Source: Candidatus Omnitrophota bacterium
GTDB lineage: Bacteria; Omnitrophota; Gorgyraeia; Zapsychrales; Fredricksoniimonadaceae
Length of the DNA stretch: 64,000 nucleotides
Direction: 5' to 3'
Assembly: GCA_044225175.1 (NCBI GenBank)
Contig: JBGAJA010000002.1
Span: forward strand, 408,991-472,990
Every line of letters begins with the position of its first letter. Position 1 is the stretch's first letter. The translations under genes were made by a program, and so were the position numbers. Below the pieces are notes generated by a model that did no database searches, was not told the origin of the DNA, and saw only the letters and a list, made by a program, of their open reading frames with translations. Positions 26,711 to 35,930 of this stretch are shown piece after piece.

Positions 26711-29700
26711 TTGTTTCAACGCGGGACATCATTAGGTGTACTTCTAGCTTTCTGTCTATCCTTGATTGCTCCTTATCAAACGGTTTGGGCTAAAGATGCG
26801 GGATTGATTTTGCCGAAACCCGGGGCAATGGTTAATTTAAGCCCTGCTTTTGAGCCTGTGATGATGAAGGGATTGAAGGTTGATCCGAAGAATCCGTTTC
26901 GGTTTGAATTCATTTTGGATCCAGGTGACGTAGGGGTGGGTTCTAAAACCATCCCTACGGATTTGAAAATCGAATCCACCAAATTAATCAAATATTTCCT
27001 CGCCTCTTTAACCATCCCCGAAAAAGACCTTTGGGTCAATTTATCTCCTTATGAAAAAGATCGAATGATTCCTTCCACCTTGGCCCAGACTGAGATGGGA
27101 CGTGATATGTTGTCCCAGGATTACATCCTCAAACAGCTAACAGCCTCTTTGATCTATCCTGAGAAAGAACTGGGAAAGGCGTTCTGGGATAAGGTCTATT
27201 CCAAAGCTCAAGCAATCTACGGAAGCACCCAGATTCCAGTGAACACCTTTAACAAGGTTTGGATTGTCGCAGACAAGGCAGATGTATTTGAGAGGGGAAA
27301 TGTAGCGTATGTGGTGGGGGCACATTTGAAGGTGATGCTAGAAGAAGACTATTTAGCGAATTCGAAAAATCAATTGCCAGCCAGGGGACATGTTCCGGAC
27401 AAAACCAACAGGAACGTGTCCCCCAGCACTTTGCCAAGCCATGTCGGGTTGGAAATGAAAGCAACCCAGGGACAATCACCAAACGTATTAGGAAACCAAA
27501 TCATCCGCGAAATTGTCCTTCCTGCTCTCGAACAAGAAATCAACACCGGCAAGCATTTCGCCCTCTTACGCCAGATGTTTTATTCCATGATCCTAGCCAG
27601 TTGGTACAAAATGGCGCTCAAGGATGCACTCATTTCTAAAATTTACGGCAATCAAAGTAAGGTCAAGGTGGGCATTAACCAGAAAGATATTAAAACCAAC
27701 GACGAAATCTTCAATCAATACCTGAAAGCTTACAAGAAGGGAGTGTTTAATTACATCAAGGAAGACATTTCCGCCATAGGCGGAACCGCCTCTGGCGGAG
27801 ATCACACTCGTCAACAACGTATCCCTAGGAAATATTTTTCAGGTGGAGAGCACGTTTGGCAATACCTAGATCATGCTCGGGTGGTCCATATGATCCCTAG
27901 AGGAACAAGTTTTGCAAATCAAGCCATGATTGCAGTGGTGGATATGACGCCTAAATCTAAAAATTCCGCCATGGCTTCAAAATTGACCCCTAATCAAATC
28001 ATCAATTTATTTAATCAAAAGTTTCCAGATAAGCATAAGCAGATTGCAGGGCTTCCTATTGCTGATGTTCAAAGCATAATAAATCCTACTACACAAAGAG
28101 CGTTTTATAGGGACTTTAAGAATAGAACAGAAAGAGATGGGATAGTGTTTAGCCGTTCCGCGACTAATCCTGTTTTTCTTAACAACTATATTAATCATAT
28201 TATGAAATTTGTTAAACCAGGTCAGAAAATTCTGTGTGTGGGAGAAGGCAGGGGCCATGTGGCTGCGGAATTAAAGAAAAGAGGGATAGATGTTTATGCC
28301 ATTGATCTGAGTGAGGAAAATACTGTTATTTCAAAAAGAAAAGGTGTTAACCAAATGGTTGGAGATGCCAGGGATTTACTTAAGCTGTACGGTCCAGAAA
28401 ATTTTGATATTGTGCTTTTTAGCGAATCCATAGGAGCAATGCCTATGGAGGACGTTTTAAAACAGGCCCATCTTGTGTTAAAACAAGGCGGAAATCTTCT
28501 GATCGGCGCTTATCCATCAACAGAAGAACGGGTGAAGATATCTCATCGGAGTAAATTCGTATATTATTCCACCCTTGAAATTAATGAAGCCCTCACTAAA
28601 GCTAAGTTTTCACATTTTCATCATGAACCCGTTTATGAAAATCCTGTCAATTTCTTTGATCTAGATGAAATGCCTGCAACATATCTTAATTTATTCGTAG
28701 CAACTAAACCACAAACAATGGATCTGCAATCCAGACAGGATCGTGCGATGGGAGTTCTTCAAGAAGATATTTCAAGGGAATTCTTATTGCTTCAAAGAAA
28801 AGTTCAGGAGTTACTTCAATATATTTTAATTGATGAAAATTGGGCAACATCACAACCAGTTACCTCAGAAATTTTTGAGGGGTTAGATTTAGATGCAAAC
28901 AGTCTTTTGAATGATTTAAGGACAAATGGTTATCTGAATGCAGCTAATGTCATGACAACAAAGCTTCAGGATCTTGAGTTTTCTTCCTTAATGCAATTTA
29001 CAAACCCCGTTTTTTCAGCCAAGAAATATGAGATTCACCAGAGAATTAAGAAGTTAAGACCGCTTATGGACTTTCGCGATATCACCCATCATGCTTTAAC
29101 AGGCCTTCTTTATTTTATGCTGATTTTAAGTACGGAAGACCTTCAAATCCTAGAAAAATTCAAAACAGACGAATTGGATGATATTGCGCATCTTTTATCG
29201 GGTTTGGGGGCTTCTTTAGGAAACCTTAATCAATATGAGATTCCAGGTGAATTAAGTACCAAGGATTTTATGTTTGCAACTCAATTGGGTAGGGTCGTGG
29301 GGGGGGTGCAACGAGCTTTGAAGGATCGAGTCTTTTTAGAAGAACATCAACAAGCAATCGCAGAAGTTGTCCAAAGGATTGAATTGATAAGCGAGCAAAC
29401 TAATCAAATCATTAAGCAAATCAGAGACCAGGCCATGAGTAATACCCCAGTTGATTCCACCAAACGTACAACACCAGGAGGTATTGACTTTGATCGCTCT
29501 AAAATGCAAATGAATGTGTCTAAAGAAGGCCAGGGAGTTCAAATGGATGCTCCAGCCAGAGGCAGGTCCGCCTTTGGCGGAGATCAAGCTATGATCGAAC
29601 GCATTCAGCGGGAGGGTTTTGATGGTTTAGAGTTTACTATTCGATCTCTTGAACCAGTGAAAGATTTGGAGTTGTTTTTGGGACTAAAAGAAAAGCCCCT

Positions 29701-29722
29701 AAGTCTTGCCGTTGCAAAATAA
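26711..29722 (+). CDS. Large secreted modular protein, paralog 2 (1003 aa), with a class I SAM-dependent methyltransferase module.
   Basis: Signal peptide. The N- and C-terminal domains are shared with paralog 1. A KILCVGEGRGHVAAE...IDLSE...GDARDL..FDIVLF Rossmann methyltransferase motif lies near 28226-28450. Confidence 0.6.
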   Translation: MFQRGTSLGVLLAFCLSLIAPYQTVWAKDAGLILPKPGAMVNLSPAFEPVMMKGLKVDPKNPFRFEFILDPGDVGVGSKTIPTDLKIESTKLIKYFLASLTIPEKDLWVNLSPYEKDRMIPSTLAQTEMGRDMLSQDYILKQLTASLIYPEKELGKAFWDKVYSKAQAIYGSTQIPVNTFNKVWIVADKADVFERGNVAYVVGAHLKVMLEEDYLANSKNQLPARGHVPDKTNRNVSPSTLPSHVGLEMKATQGQSPNVLGNQIIREIVLPALEQEINTGKHFALLRQMFYSMILASWYKMALKDALISKIYGNQSKVKVGINQKDIKTNDEIFNQYLKAYKKGVFNYIKEDISAIGGTASGGDHTRQQRIPRKYFSGGEHVWQYLDHARVVHMIPRGTSFANQAMIAVVDMTPKSKNSAMASKLTPNQIINLFNQKFPDKHKQIAGLPIADVQSIINPTTQRAFYRDFKNRTERDGIVFSRSATNPVFLNNYINHIMKFVKPGQKILCVGEGRGHVAAELKKRGIDVYAIDLSEENTVISKRKGVNQMVGDARDLLKLYGPENFDIVLFSESIGAMPMEDVLKQAHLVLKQGGNLLIGAYPSTEERVKISHRSKFVYYSTLEINEALTKAKFSHFHHEPVYENPVNFFDLDEMPATYLNLFVATKPQTMDLQSRQDRAMGVLQEDISREFLLLQRKVQELLQYILIDENWATSQPVTSEIFEGLDLDANSLLNDLRTNGYLNAANVMTTKLQDLEFSSLMQFTNPVFSAKKYEIHQRIKKLRPLMDFRDITHHALTGLLYFMLILSTEDLQILEKFKTDELDDIAHLLSGLGASLGNLNQYEIPGELSTKDFMFATQLGRVVGGVQRALKDRVFLEEHQQAIAEVVQRIELISEQTNQIIKQIRDQAMSNTPVDSTKRTTPGGIDFDRSKMQMNVSKEGQGVQMDAPARGRSAFGGDQAMIERIQREGFDGLEFTIRSLEPVKDLELFLGLKEKPLSLAVAK
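27384..27424. repeat. Hairpin GGGGACATGTTCC-(15)-GGAACGTGTCCCC, in frame at the hypervariable site of paralog 2.
   Basis: A 13-bp inverted repeat with one mismatch. It occupies the same variable segment where paralog 1 carries the family-B element. Confidence 0.55.
29555..29588. repeat. Family D palindrome copy (CCAGAGGCAGGTCCGCCTTTGG), in frame in paralog 2.
   Basis: About 32 of 34 nt identical to 6266-6299 in leuS. It translates as ARGRSAFGGDQ. Confidence 0.7.
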
Positions 29723-29751
29723 CTCAGGGGCTTAAGCTAGTATTAACTTGT

Positions 29752-29857
29752 TTTCTTAGGGGGATGTTTGGCGCGCCATAAATCAATGCACCATACAATA
29801 CCTAGGAAACCAGTGAAGGTTAATAACCCATAAAGGGCAACATCGGCCATTTTATTT
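29752..29857 (-). CDS. Small hydrophobic protein of about 35 aa (MADVALYGLLTFTGFLGIVWCIDLW...).
   Basis: Single TM helix. It overlaps the upstream small ORF, forming a likely two-gene minus-strand unit. Confidence 0.25.
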
Positions 29858-30049
29858 CTCCTTTTCTGTTGGACAAACAAAGAATCCTAGAATTCCTGTT
29901 AACCCTATGACAGTGAAAATTATTAAACGTATTGGTGGGTTAAAGTTTGGAAAAAACCAACTCGCACAAAGTGCAACCGTGGTTAGCTTAAATATATCAA
30001 AAAAAGCCTTAGCGATTAAATCACGCCTATTACGATGAAAAATCAGCAT
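29852..30049 (-). CDS. Small membrane protein (65 aa).
   Basis: Two predicted TM helices. A strong RBS, AGGAGG, lies upstream on the minus strand at about 30055. Confidence 0.3.
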   Translation of the reverse strand: MLIFHRNRRDLIAKAFFDIFKLTTVALCASWFFPNFNPPIRLIIFTVIGLTGILGFFVCPTEKEK

Positions 30050-30260
30050 AACATGTTCCTCCTTTCGTCAAAATTGGGGATCAATCAAACCCATACGTGG
30101 GGGAAACACATATGCTTGTAATTCGTTTCAAGTATAGCAATTCAGGATAAAAAGTCAACGACGGCACCCCTTTAGAAGAACAAAATTTTAATTTCCATTT
30201 TAACGAGGATTCTGATATCATTTCTGTCTTATATTACTCAAATAAACAATTAGAAGAGGG

Positions 30261-31532
30261 TTGAAAATGCCAGCAATTAAGCCATTTAACGCAGTTTTCT
30301 ACAACAAAGAGAAGATCGAAAACCTTTCCTCAGTCATTTGTCCACCTTATGACGTTATTTCCAAAGAGCAGCAGGAAAGTTACTATAAGCAGCATCCTTC
30401 CAATTTTATTCGCCTTGAATTAGCTAAAGAAACCCCCAAAGATACAGCCAAAGACAATAAATACACCCGCGCCAAGAAAACATATGAAGATTGGCTGGCC
30501 AAGGGTGTTTTAAAGCAAGATGAAGCCTATTGCATCTACTTCTATAAGCAGGATTATCACTATTTAGGTCAAAAATATACAAGAACCGGGTTTTTGGCTT
30601 TGTTAAATCTTAATGAAGATTCCGGCGTTAAGATTTTGCCCCACGAACACACTCACTCGGCCGCTAAAACTGATAGACATACTCTTTGGACCACCCTTAA
30701 AAGCAATCTAAGTTCCATTTTTGTGGGATATAGCGACAAAATGAATGTCATTGAGAAGATGTTTCTAAAGGAACTAGCCAGCCAAAAGCCTTATTTGGAA
30801 GCTGTCGACCAAGATAAAGTCAAACATATGATTTGGCGTTTGGCTGATCCAGACAAGATTCAAATGATCGTAGATATTATTGATGGTCAAAATCTCTTTA
30901 TCTGCGATGGTCATCATCGTTTTGAAGTCGCTAGTCAAATTAGGCGTGATGCGCTAAAAAAACAAAAGAATCACACAGGTAAAGAACCATATAATTATGT
31001 GATGAGTTACTTTACTAATTTGGACTCCAAAGATCTTCAAATTTTCCCTATTCATCGTATTGTTAAGAAATTTTCTATCAGTGTTAATCTTCTAGAGCAA
31101 TATTTTCGTATCGACAAAATTAAAACTAAGACCGACTTAATGGTTCTTTTGGCCCGCGCTGGACAAAATGAACATTCTTTTGGACTCATCAAGAAAGAAG
31201 GGATGTTTCTTCTTCGCTTAAAGAGTAAGACATTAATTGATAAAGTTGTTCATGAAGGGTCTAAGGATTATAAAAGCCTTGATGCGGCAATTTTAAAAGC
31301 ATTTATTTTTGATCAAGTAGGTGTTAAATCAGAAGACATTGTATATTCTAAAGATCCTTCAGAGGTCATAAGTGCTGTCCATGAAGGTCAGGCGGATGCA
31401 GGATTCATCTTAAATCCCGTATTAATCAGCCAGCTGAAAGCCATCGCCCTTAATGATGAACGTATGCCTCCTAAGACCACATATTTCTATCCAAAGGTTT
31501 TATCAGGTTTAACCATGTACAAGATGGATTAA
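30261..31532 (+). CDS. DUF1015-family protein.
   Basis: N-terminal IKPFNAVFYN...SSVICPPYDVIS, characteristic of DUF1015. It lies immediately upstream of accD. Confidence 0.55.
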   Translation: MKMPAIKPFNAVFYNKEKIENLSSVICPPYDVISKEQQESYYKQHPSNFIRLELAKETPKDTAKDNKYTRAKKTYEDWLAKGVLKQDEAYCIYFYKQDYHYLGQKYTRTGFLALLNLNEDSGVKILPHEHTHSAAKTDRHTLWTTLKSNLSSIFVGYSDKMNVIEKMFLKELASQKPYLEAVDQDKVKHMIWRLADPDKIQMIVDIIDGQNLFICDGHHRFEVASQIRRDALKKQKNHTGKEPYNYVMSYFTNLDSKDLQIFPIHRIVKKFSISVNLLEQYFRIDKIKTKTDLMVLLARAGQNEHSFGLIKKEGMFLLRLKSKTLIDKVVHEGSKDYKSLDAAILKAFIFDQVGVKSEDIVYSKDPSEVISAVHEGQADAGFILNPVLISQLKAIALNDERMPPKTTYFYPKVLSGLTMYKMD

Positions 31533-31533
31533 C

Positions 31534-32376
31534 ATGTCCCTATTTGGAAAATCCAACTACACTTTTATCAAAGTTAAGCGTAAAGAAATCCCGACGGGGG
31601 TATGGACCAAATGCCCTGGTTGTGAATCTCCTGCTTATTCCAAAGAACTTCGCAACAATTTCAATGTATGTCCCAAATGTGGGTACCATTTGGTTTTAAA
31701 CGCTCCTGAGCGTATTGAGCATTTGATGGATGAAGGAACGTTTGTCGAGCTTGATCGAGAAATGCTTTCTGGTGATCCTCTTCATTTCGAAGGACCAAAG
31801 ACATATAAAGATAAACTCAAAGCTGATCAGGAAGCAACAGATCTCGTGGATGCGGTTATTACAGGTTATGGAAAAATTGCAGGACATAAGGCTGTTTTAG
31901 CTGTTACAGATTCTAGATTCATTATGGGTTCTATGGGTTCTGTTGTAGGGGAGAAAATTACACGTGCAGTTGAATACGCAACCAAGCATAAATTGCCCGT
32001 TATTATTATCTCAGGTTCTGGTGGTGGGGCCCGTATGTATGAGGGTGCTATTTCTCTTATGCAAATGGCAAAGACATGCGCTGCTTTAGCCAGACATGCC
32101 AAAGCCAATCAACTGTACATTTCCGTATTAACGAATCCCACCATGGGTGGGATTATGGCTTCCTTTGCAGGGGTGGGTGATATTATTATGGCAGAACCGA
32201 AAGCGCTCATTGGATTCGCAGGCCCCCGAGTTGTTGAGCAGACCATTCGACAGAAACTCCCAGCTGGTTTTCAACGCTCTGAATTCCTTTTGGCTCATGG
32301 CATGATCGATATGATTGTCGAAAGGCAAGATTTAAAGAGTGTCATTGCGCATACGATTGATTACTCAGAAAACTGA
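31534..32376 (+). CDS. accD: Acetyl-CoA carboxylase carboxyltransferase beta subunit.
   Basis: N-terminal C4 zinc finger (CPGCESPAY..CPKCGYH) and a carboxyltransferase domain. Confidence 0.9.
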   Translation: MSLFGKSNYTFIKVKRKEIPTGVWTKCPGCESPAYSKELRNNFNVCPKCGYHLVLNAPERIEHLMDEGTFVELDREMLSGDPLHFEGPKTYKDKLKADQEATDLVDAVITGYGKIAGHKAVLAVTDSRFIMGSMGSVVGEKITRAVEYATKHKLPVIIISGSGGGARMYEGAISLMQMAKTCAALARHAKANQLYISVLTNPTMGGIMASFAGVGDIIMAEPKALIGFAGPRVVEQTIRQKLPAGFQRSEFLLAHGMIDMIVERQDLKSVIAHTIDYSEN

Positions 32377-32451
32377 TTGCGCATTTAGATCACAGATAAT
32401 ACAATACGCCTTTATTTGACACACCAATCTTTTCAGAAACTGATTGCTTCT

Positions 32452-33558
32452 ATGGCAAGAATCCTTATAAAAAATCTTCATAAAACATACAAAGGCAGCA
32501 TTCCAGAAGCTGTTAATAATGTTAGATTAGAAATTGCCGATAAAGAATTTTTAGTTTTAGTTGGCCCCTCCGGATGTGGAAAATCAAGTATTTTACGAAT
32601 GATTGCAGGATTAGAAGAGATCACTTCCGGCGAAATTTGGATTGATGATCGATTAGTTAATGATGTTCCTGCTAAGGACCGCAATATTGCCATGGTTTTC
32701 CAAAACTATGCGCTTTATCCTCACATGACTGTTTTTGAAAACATGGCTTTTGGTTTAAAATTGCGAGGGTATCCTAAGCCAGAAATAGAAAAACGTGTTC
32801 ATGAGGCAGCTGACATATTGGGAATTAGAAAGTATCTGGATCGACGTCCACGTCAGCTCTCTGGTGGTGAACGTCAGCGTGTTGCTTTAGGCCGGGCTAT
32901 TGTTCGTAAACCTTCCGTATTTCTTTTCGATGAACCTTTAAGTAACCTTGATGCTAAGATGCGCGTTCAAATGCGCACCGAAATCCATAAGCTCCGCTTA
33001 AAACTACAGACCACTTTTATTTACGTAACCCACGATCAAACAGAAGCTATGACGATGGGAGATCGTATTGTTGTCATGAAAGACGGTGTCATCCAACAAT
33101 GTGCTGACCCCATGAGCATTTATGACAATCCAAGTAATAAATTTGTGGCATCATTTATCGGTTCTCCTCCAATCAATCTTTTTAAGGGTCGTATCATTAA
33201 GCGTGAGAGAAAATATTATTTCGATGAGGGTAAGTTTCAGGTTAAATTGATTGAAGATATGTTTGTCAGGATGTCCAAATATGAAGGCAAGGATGTAACA
33301 ATGGGGGTTCGTTCAGAGGATATTTATGATAAACTTTTTGCTTCTGAAGCTTCTGATGACAATACAGTCAAAGCCACATGTGAAGTAGTTGAACCTTTGG
33401 GTTCTGAAGTGTATTTGTATTTAAACTCAGGCAACCATACTTTTATCGCTCGTGTCGGTGCACACGATAGACCTGAGGTCAACCGTGAGATGGACTTGGT
33501 TTTTGACATGAGTAAGGTGCATTTCTTTGACGTCCAAACCGAAGAAACCATTATTTAA
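32452..33558 (+). CDS. ABC transporter ATP-binding protein, MalK/UgpC-like, with a C-terminal TOBE domain. The start was trimmed to MARILIKNL.
   Basis: Walker A (GPSGCGKSS), ABC signature (LSGGERQR), Walker B (FLFDEPLSNLD), and a C-terminal regulatory domain. Confidence 0.85.
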   Translation: MARILIKNLHKTYKGSIPEAVNNVRLEIADKEFLVLVGPSGCGKSSILRMIAGLEEITSGEIWIDDRLVNDVPAKDRNIAMVFQNYALYPHMTVFENMAFGLKLRGYPKPEIEKRVHEAADILGIRKYLDRRPRQLSGGERQRVALGRAIVRKPSVFLFDEPLSNLDAKMRVQMRTEIHKLRLKLQTTFIYVTHDQTEAMTMGDRIVVMKDGVIQQCADPMSIYDNPSNKFVASFIGSPPINLFKGRIIKRERKYYFDEGKFQVKLIEDMFVRMSKYEGKDVTMGVRSEDIYDKLFASEASDDNTVKATCEVVEPLGSEVYLYLNSGNHTFIARVGAHDRPEVNREMDLVFDMSKVHFFDVQTEETII

Positions 33559-34822
33559 GTTGTACCTTTTAGTGGTCTTTAGTTTTTTGATCCCACTCGT
33601 GGGTTTCTTTGTTTACGCCGCAAAATATCATGCGGCGTTTTTCTTTCTAGCCGCAGTACTTATCATTAATATCATTGTTTTGATTTCCTTTAATAAGCGA
33701 TTATCCAAGAAACAAGCGCACATTGTTCTGCAAAAAGAAGAGTATTTTGAAAAAGCCAATATGCTTAAGGCAGAATTAAGTAATGAGTGGCAATCCATCG
33801 AAGCTCTCCGTCATAAGATCGTTAACTACTCGCATCTTAAAGATATTACAGAAAAACTTAATATGTGTTTGAGTTTAGAGGATACTTCAAATACCCTTTC
33901 CGTTGAGGTTAATAAACTCTTTGGGCATAAAGATGTCACTGTTATTTTGTATTTATTCCATTCCAAGTTAGGGGAATTGGGGATATCTTCTTCCCAAAAA
34001 GCTCAGATGAATATTAATTTGAAAGCTAAAAGAGGAGATTTGTATGATCAATGGGTAGTCAAGACATTGCATCCTCTTTTAGTTGAAGATGCTAATAATG
34101 ATTTTCGTTTTGATGTGGATAAGCTCTCCTCAGAAGATTCACGAGAAATTAGATCCGTAATGAGCGCTCCTTTAATGGATGGCAATAAGATTCTTGGCAT
34201 CCTGCGAGTAGATAGTCCCTTGCCTCTACATTTTACAACGGATGATTTACGCTTTCTTAGGACCATAGCTGATTTAACTTCAATTGCTGTTGAAAATGCT
34301 CAGCTTTATCAACGCTTGCAGGAATTAGCCATCCGTGATGGTCTGACGGGCCTTTATTTGAGACGGTTCTTGATGAGTCGTATTGAAGAAGAAATGGCTA
34401 GAAGCTTGCGAAGTAATAATAAGCTAGCGTTCATGCTCATAGACTTAGATCATTTTAAGAAATACAACGATACATTTGGTCATACTGCAGGAGATATCGT
34501 CCTTCGCAATGTGGCCGAAATCTTGAGCGAACATTTTAAAGAACCTGGACAATTGGTTTGTCGATATGGAGGAGAGGAATTTTGTGTTCTTTTGCCTGAT
34601 TGCAGCAAAACTAAGGCCACGACACTAGCAGAAGAATTACGTGTAAAAGTTTATAATCGGCAAATTCTATTGCGCCGCCAGAAAACAAATGTATCTATTT
34701 CCGTTGGGATCGCTATCTTTCCAGAACATGGTCGCTTGAAGGAAGAACTTATCCTTAAAGCTGATGAAGCTTTGTATCAAGCGAAAAAACAAGGACGAAA
34801 CCAGGTATGCTTAGCTTCCTAA
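33527..34822 (+). CDS. Membrane-anchored sensor diguanylate cyclase (GAF-like domain plus GGDEF).
   Basis: Two N-terminal TM helices, a GGEEF active site (RYGGEEFCVLL), and the RxxD I-site region. Confidence 0.8.
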   Translation: MTSKPKKPLFKLYLLVVFSFLIPLVGFFVYAAKYHAAFFFLAAVLIINIIVLISFNKRLSKKQAHIVLQKEEYFEKANMLKAELSNEWQSIEALRHKIVNYSHLKDITEKLNMCLSLEDTSNTLSVEVNKLFGHKDVTVILYLFHSKLGELGISSSQKAQMNINLKAKRGDLYDQWVVKTLHPLLVEDANNDFRFDVDKLSSEDSREIRSVMSAPLMDGNKILGILRVDSPLPLHFTTDDLRFLRTIADLTSIAVENAQLYQRLQELAIRDGLTGLYLRRFLMSRIEEEMARSLRSNNKLAFMLIDLDHFKKYNDTFGHTAGDIVLRNVAEILSEHFKEPGQLVCRYGGEEFCVLLPDCSKTKATTLAEELRVKVYNRQILLRRQKTNVSISVGIAIFPEHGRLKEELILKADEALYQAKKQGRNQVCLAS

Positions 34823-35823
34823 TCATTTTAATGATTGTTTTTGTTGGTGTTATTTTCTACTTAGTGAAGACCTTTGTCTTTCAATCTGAGCAAAATGCTG
34901 ATGAAGATGTGTTAAAGGTCAAACAGGGCCTGCAAAATATTATTGAACAAAAAGAAAAAGCTCACGCGGAAAAGGCTAAGCTTGAGAAGGAAGCCAAACA
35001 GATATTTACACTTTACGAGATTACCAAGGACATTAATCGCCAAATGAATGAAAAAGAGGCTTTTGAGCTCTTTCGTACCAAGTTAAAAGACAATATTGCG
35101 TTAGAGGACTGCCAATTGGTATCTGATTTTGGGGTAGAATCTCAGGAGAAGGTTCTTCCTAAAGATTACTCTATTTTTCCTCTTAAAAGTAAAGATGAAA
35201 ATCTTGGATATCTCATTTATAAAGGCGTCTCTCCTAAAGACATTGAGAAATTCATGATTCTAGCCAATCAATTCGCTTTGACTCTTCGCAGAAGCAAGCT
35301 TTATAAAGATGTGGAGCGCTTGGCCATTACAGATAGTTTAACTGATGTTTATACCCGAAGGTACTTCTTAGAGAGATTTGAGGAAGAAATCAAGCGCGCG
35401 GCTGCTAAGAAAATCAAATTATCCTTTATTATGTTGGATGTGGACCATTTTAAGATGGTGAATGATCAGTTCGGACATTTGACAGGAGATTATGTCTTAA
35501 AAGAGATTAGTTTAATTATTAAAGAAAATATTCGTGAGATAGATTTCGTAGGAAGGTATGGAGGAGAAGAGTTTTGTATTGTTCTTCCTGAAACAGATTT
35601 AGAAGGGGCCTTTCTTGTAGCTGAGCGTATTCGAAAATCAGCGCAAGATAGACTAATTAAAGCTTATGATGCCTCTGTTCGTATTACTTTAAGTCTTGGA
35701 ATTTCTACATTTCCATCTCACGGTAAACAAACGGATGAACTTATTGATAAGGCAGACTGGGCTCTGTATCGCGCTAAAACACAGGGACGCAATCGAATTG
35801 TGGCTTTTGGCCAATACTCATAG
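34807..35823 (+). CDS. Diguanylate cyclase (GGDEF), a tandem paralog.
   Basis: N-terminal TM helix, a GGEEF motif (RYGGEEFCIVLP), and DHFKMVND. Confidence 0.8.
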   Translation: MLSFLIILMIVFVGVIFYLVKTFVFQSEQNADEDVLKVKQGLQNIIEQKEKAHAEKAKLEKEAKQIFTLYEITKDINRQMNEKEAFELFRTKLKDNIALEDCQLVSDFGVESQEKVLPKDYSIFPLKSKDENLGYLIYKGVSPKDIEKFMILANQFALTLRRSKLYKDVERLAITDSLTDVYTRRYFLERFEEEIKRAAAKKIKLSFIMLDVDHFKMVNDQFGHLTGDYVLKEISLIIKENIREIDFVGRYGGEEFCIVLPETDLEGAFLVAERIRKSAQDRLIKAYDASVRITLSLGISTFPSHGKQTDELIDKADWALYRAKTQGRNRIVAFGQYS

Positions 35824-35930
35824 ATTTAAGATTTTTCAGATTTATTACTATCATCCTGCTTGAATCCTAAAGCTCTTTCAGTTAAAATATCGCATCTTAT
35901 TAAGAACTCCCCCTCAATTTAAAGGAATTT

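Noticed and set aside
29690-29760. Inverted repeat (AGCCCCTAAG...CTCAGGGGCT) spanning the paralog-2 stop, as a terminator.
   Set aside because: The stem is imperfect, the loop is about 20 nt, and there is no T-tract. Support for an intrinsic terminator is weak.
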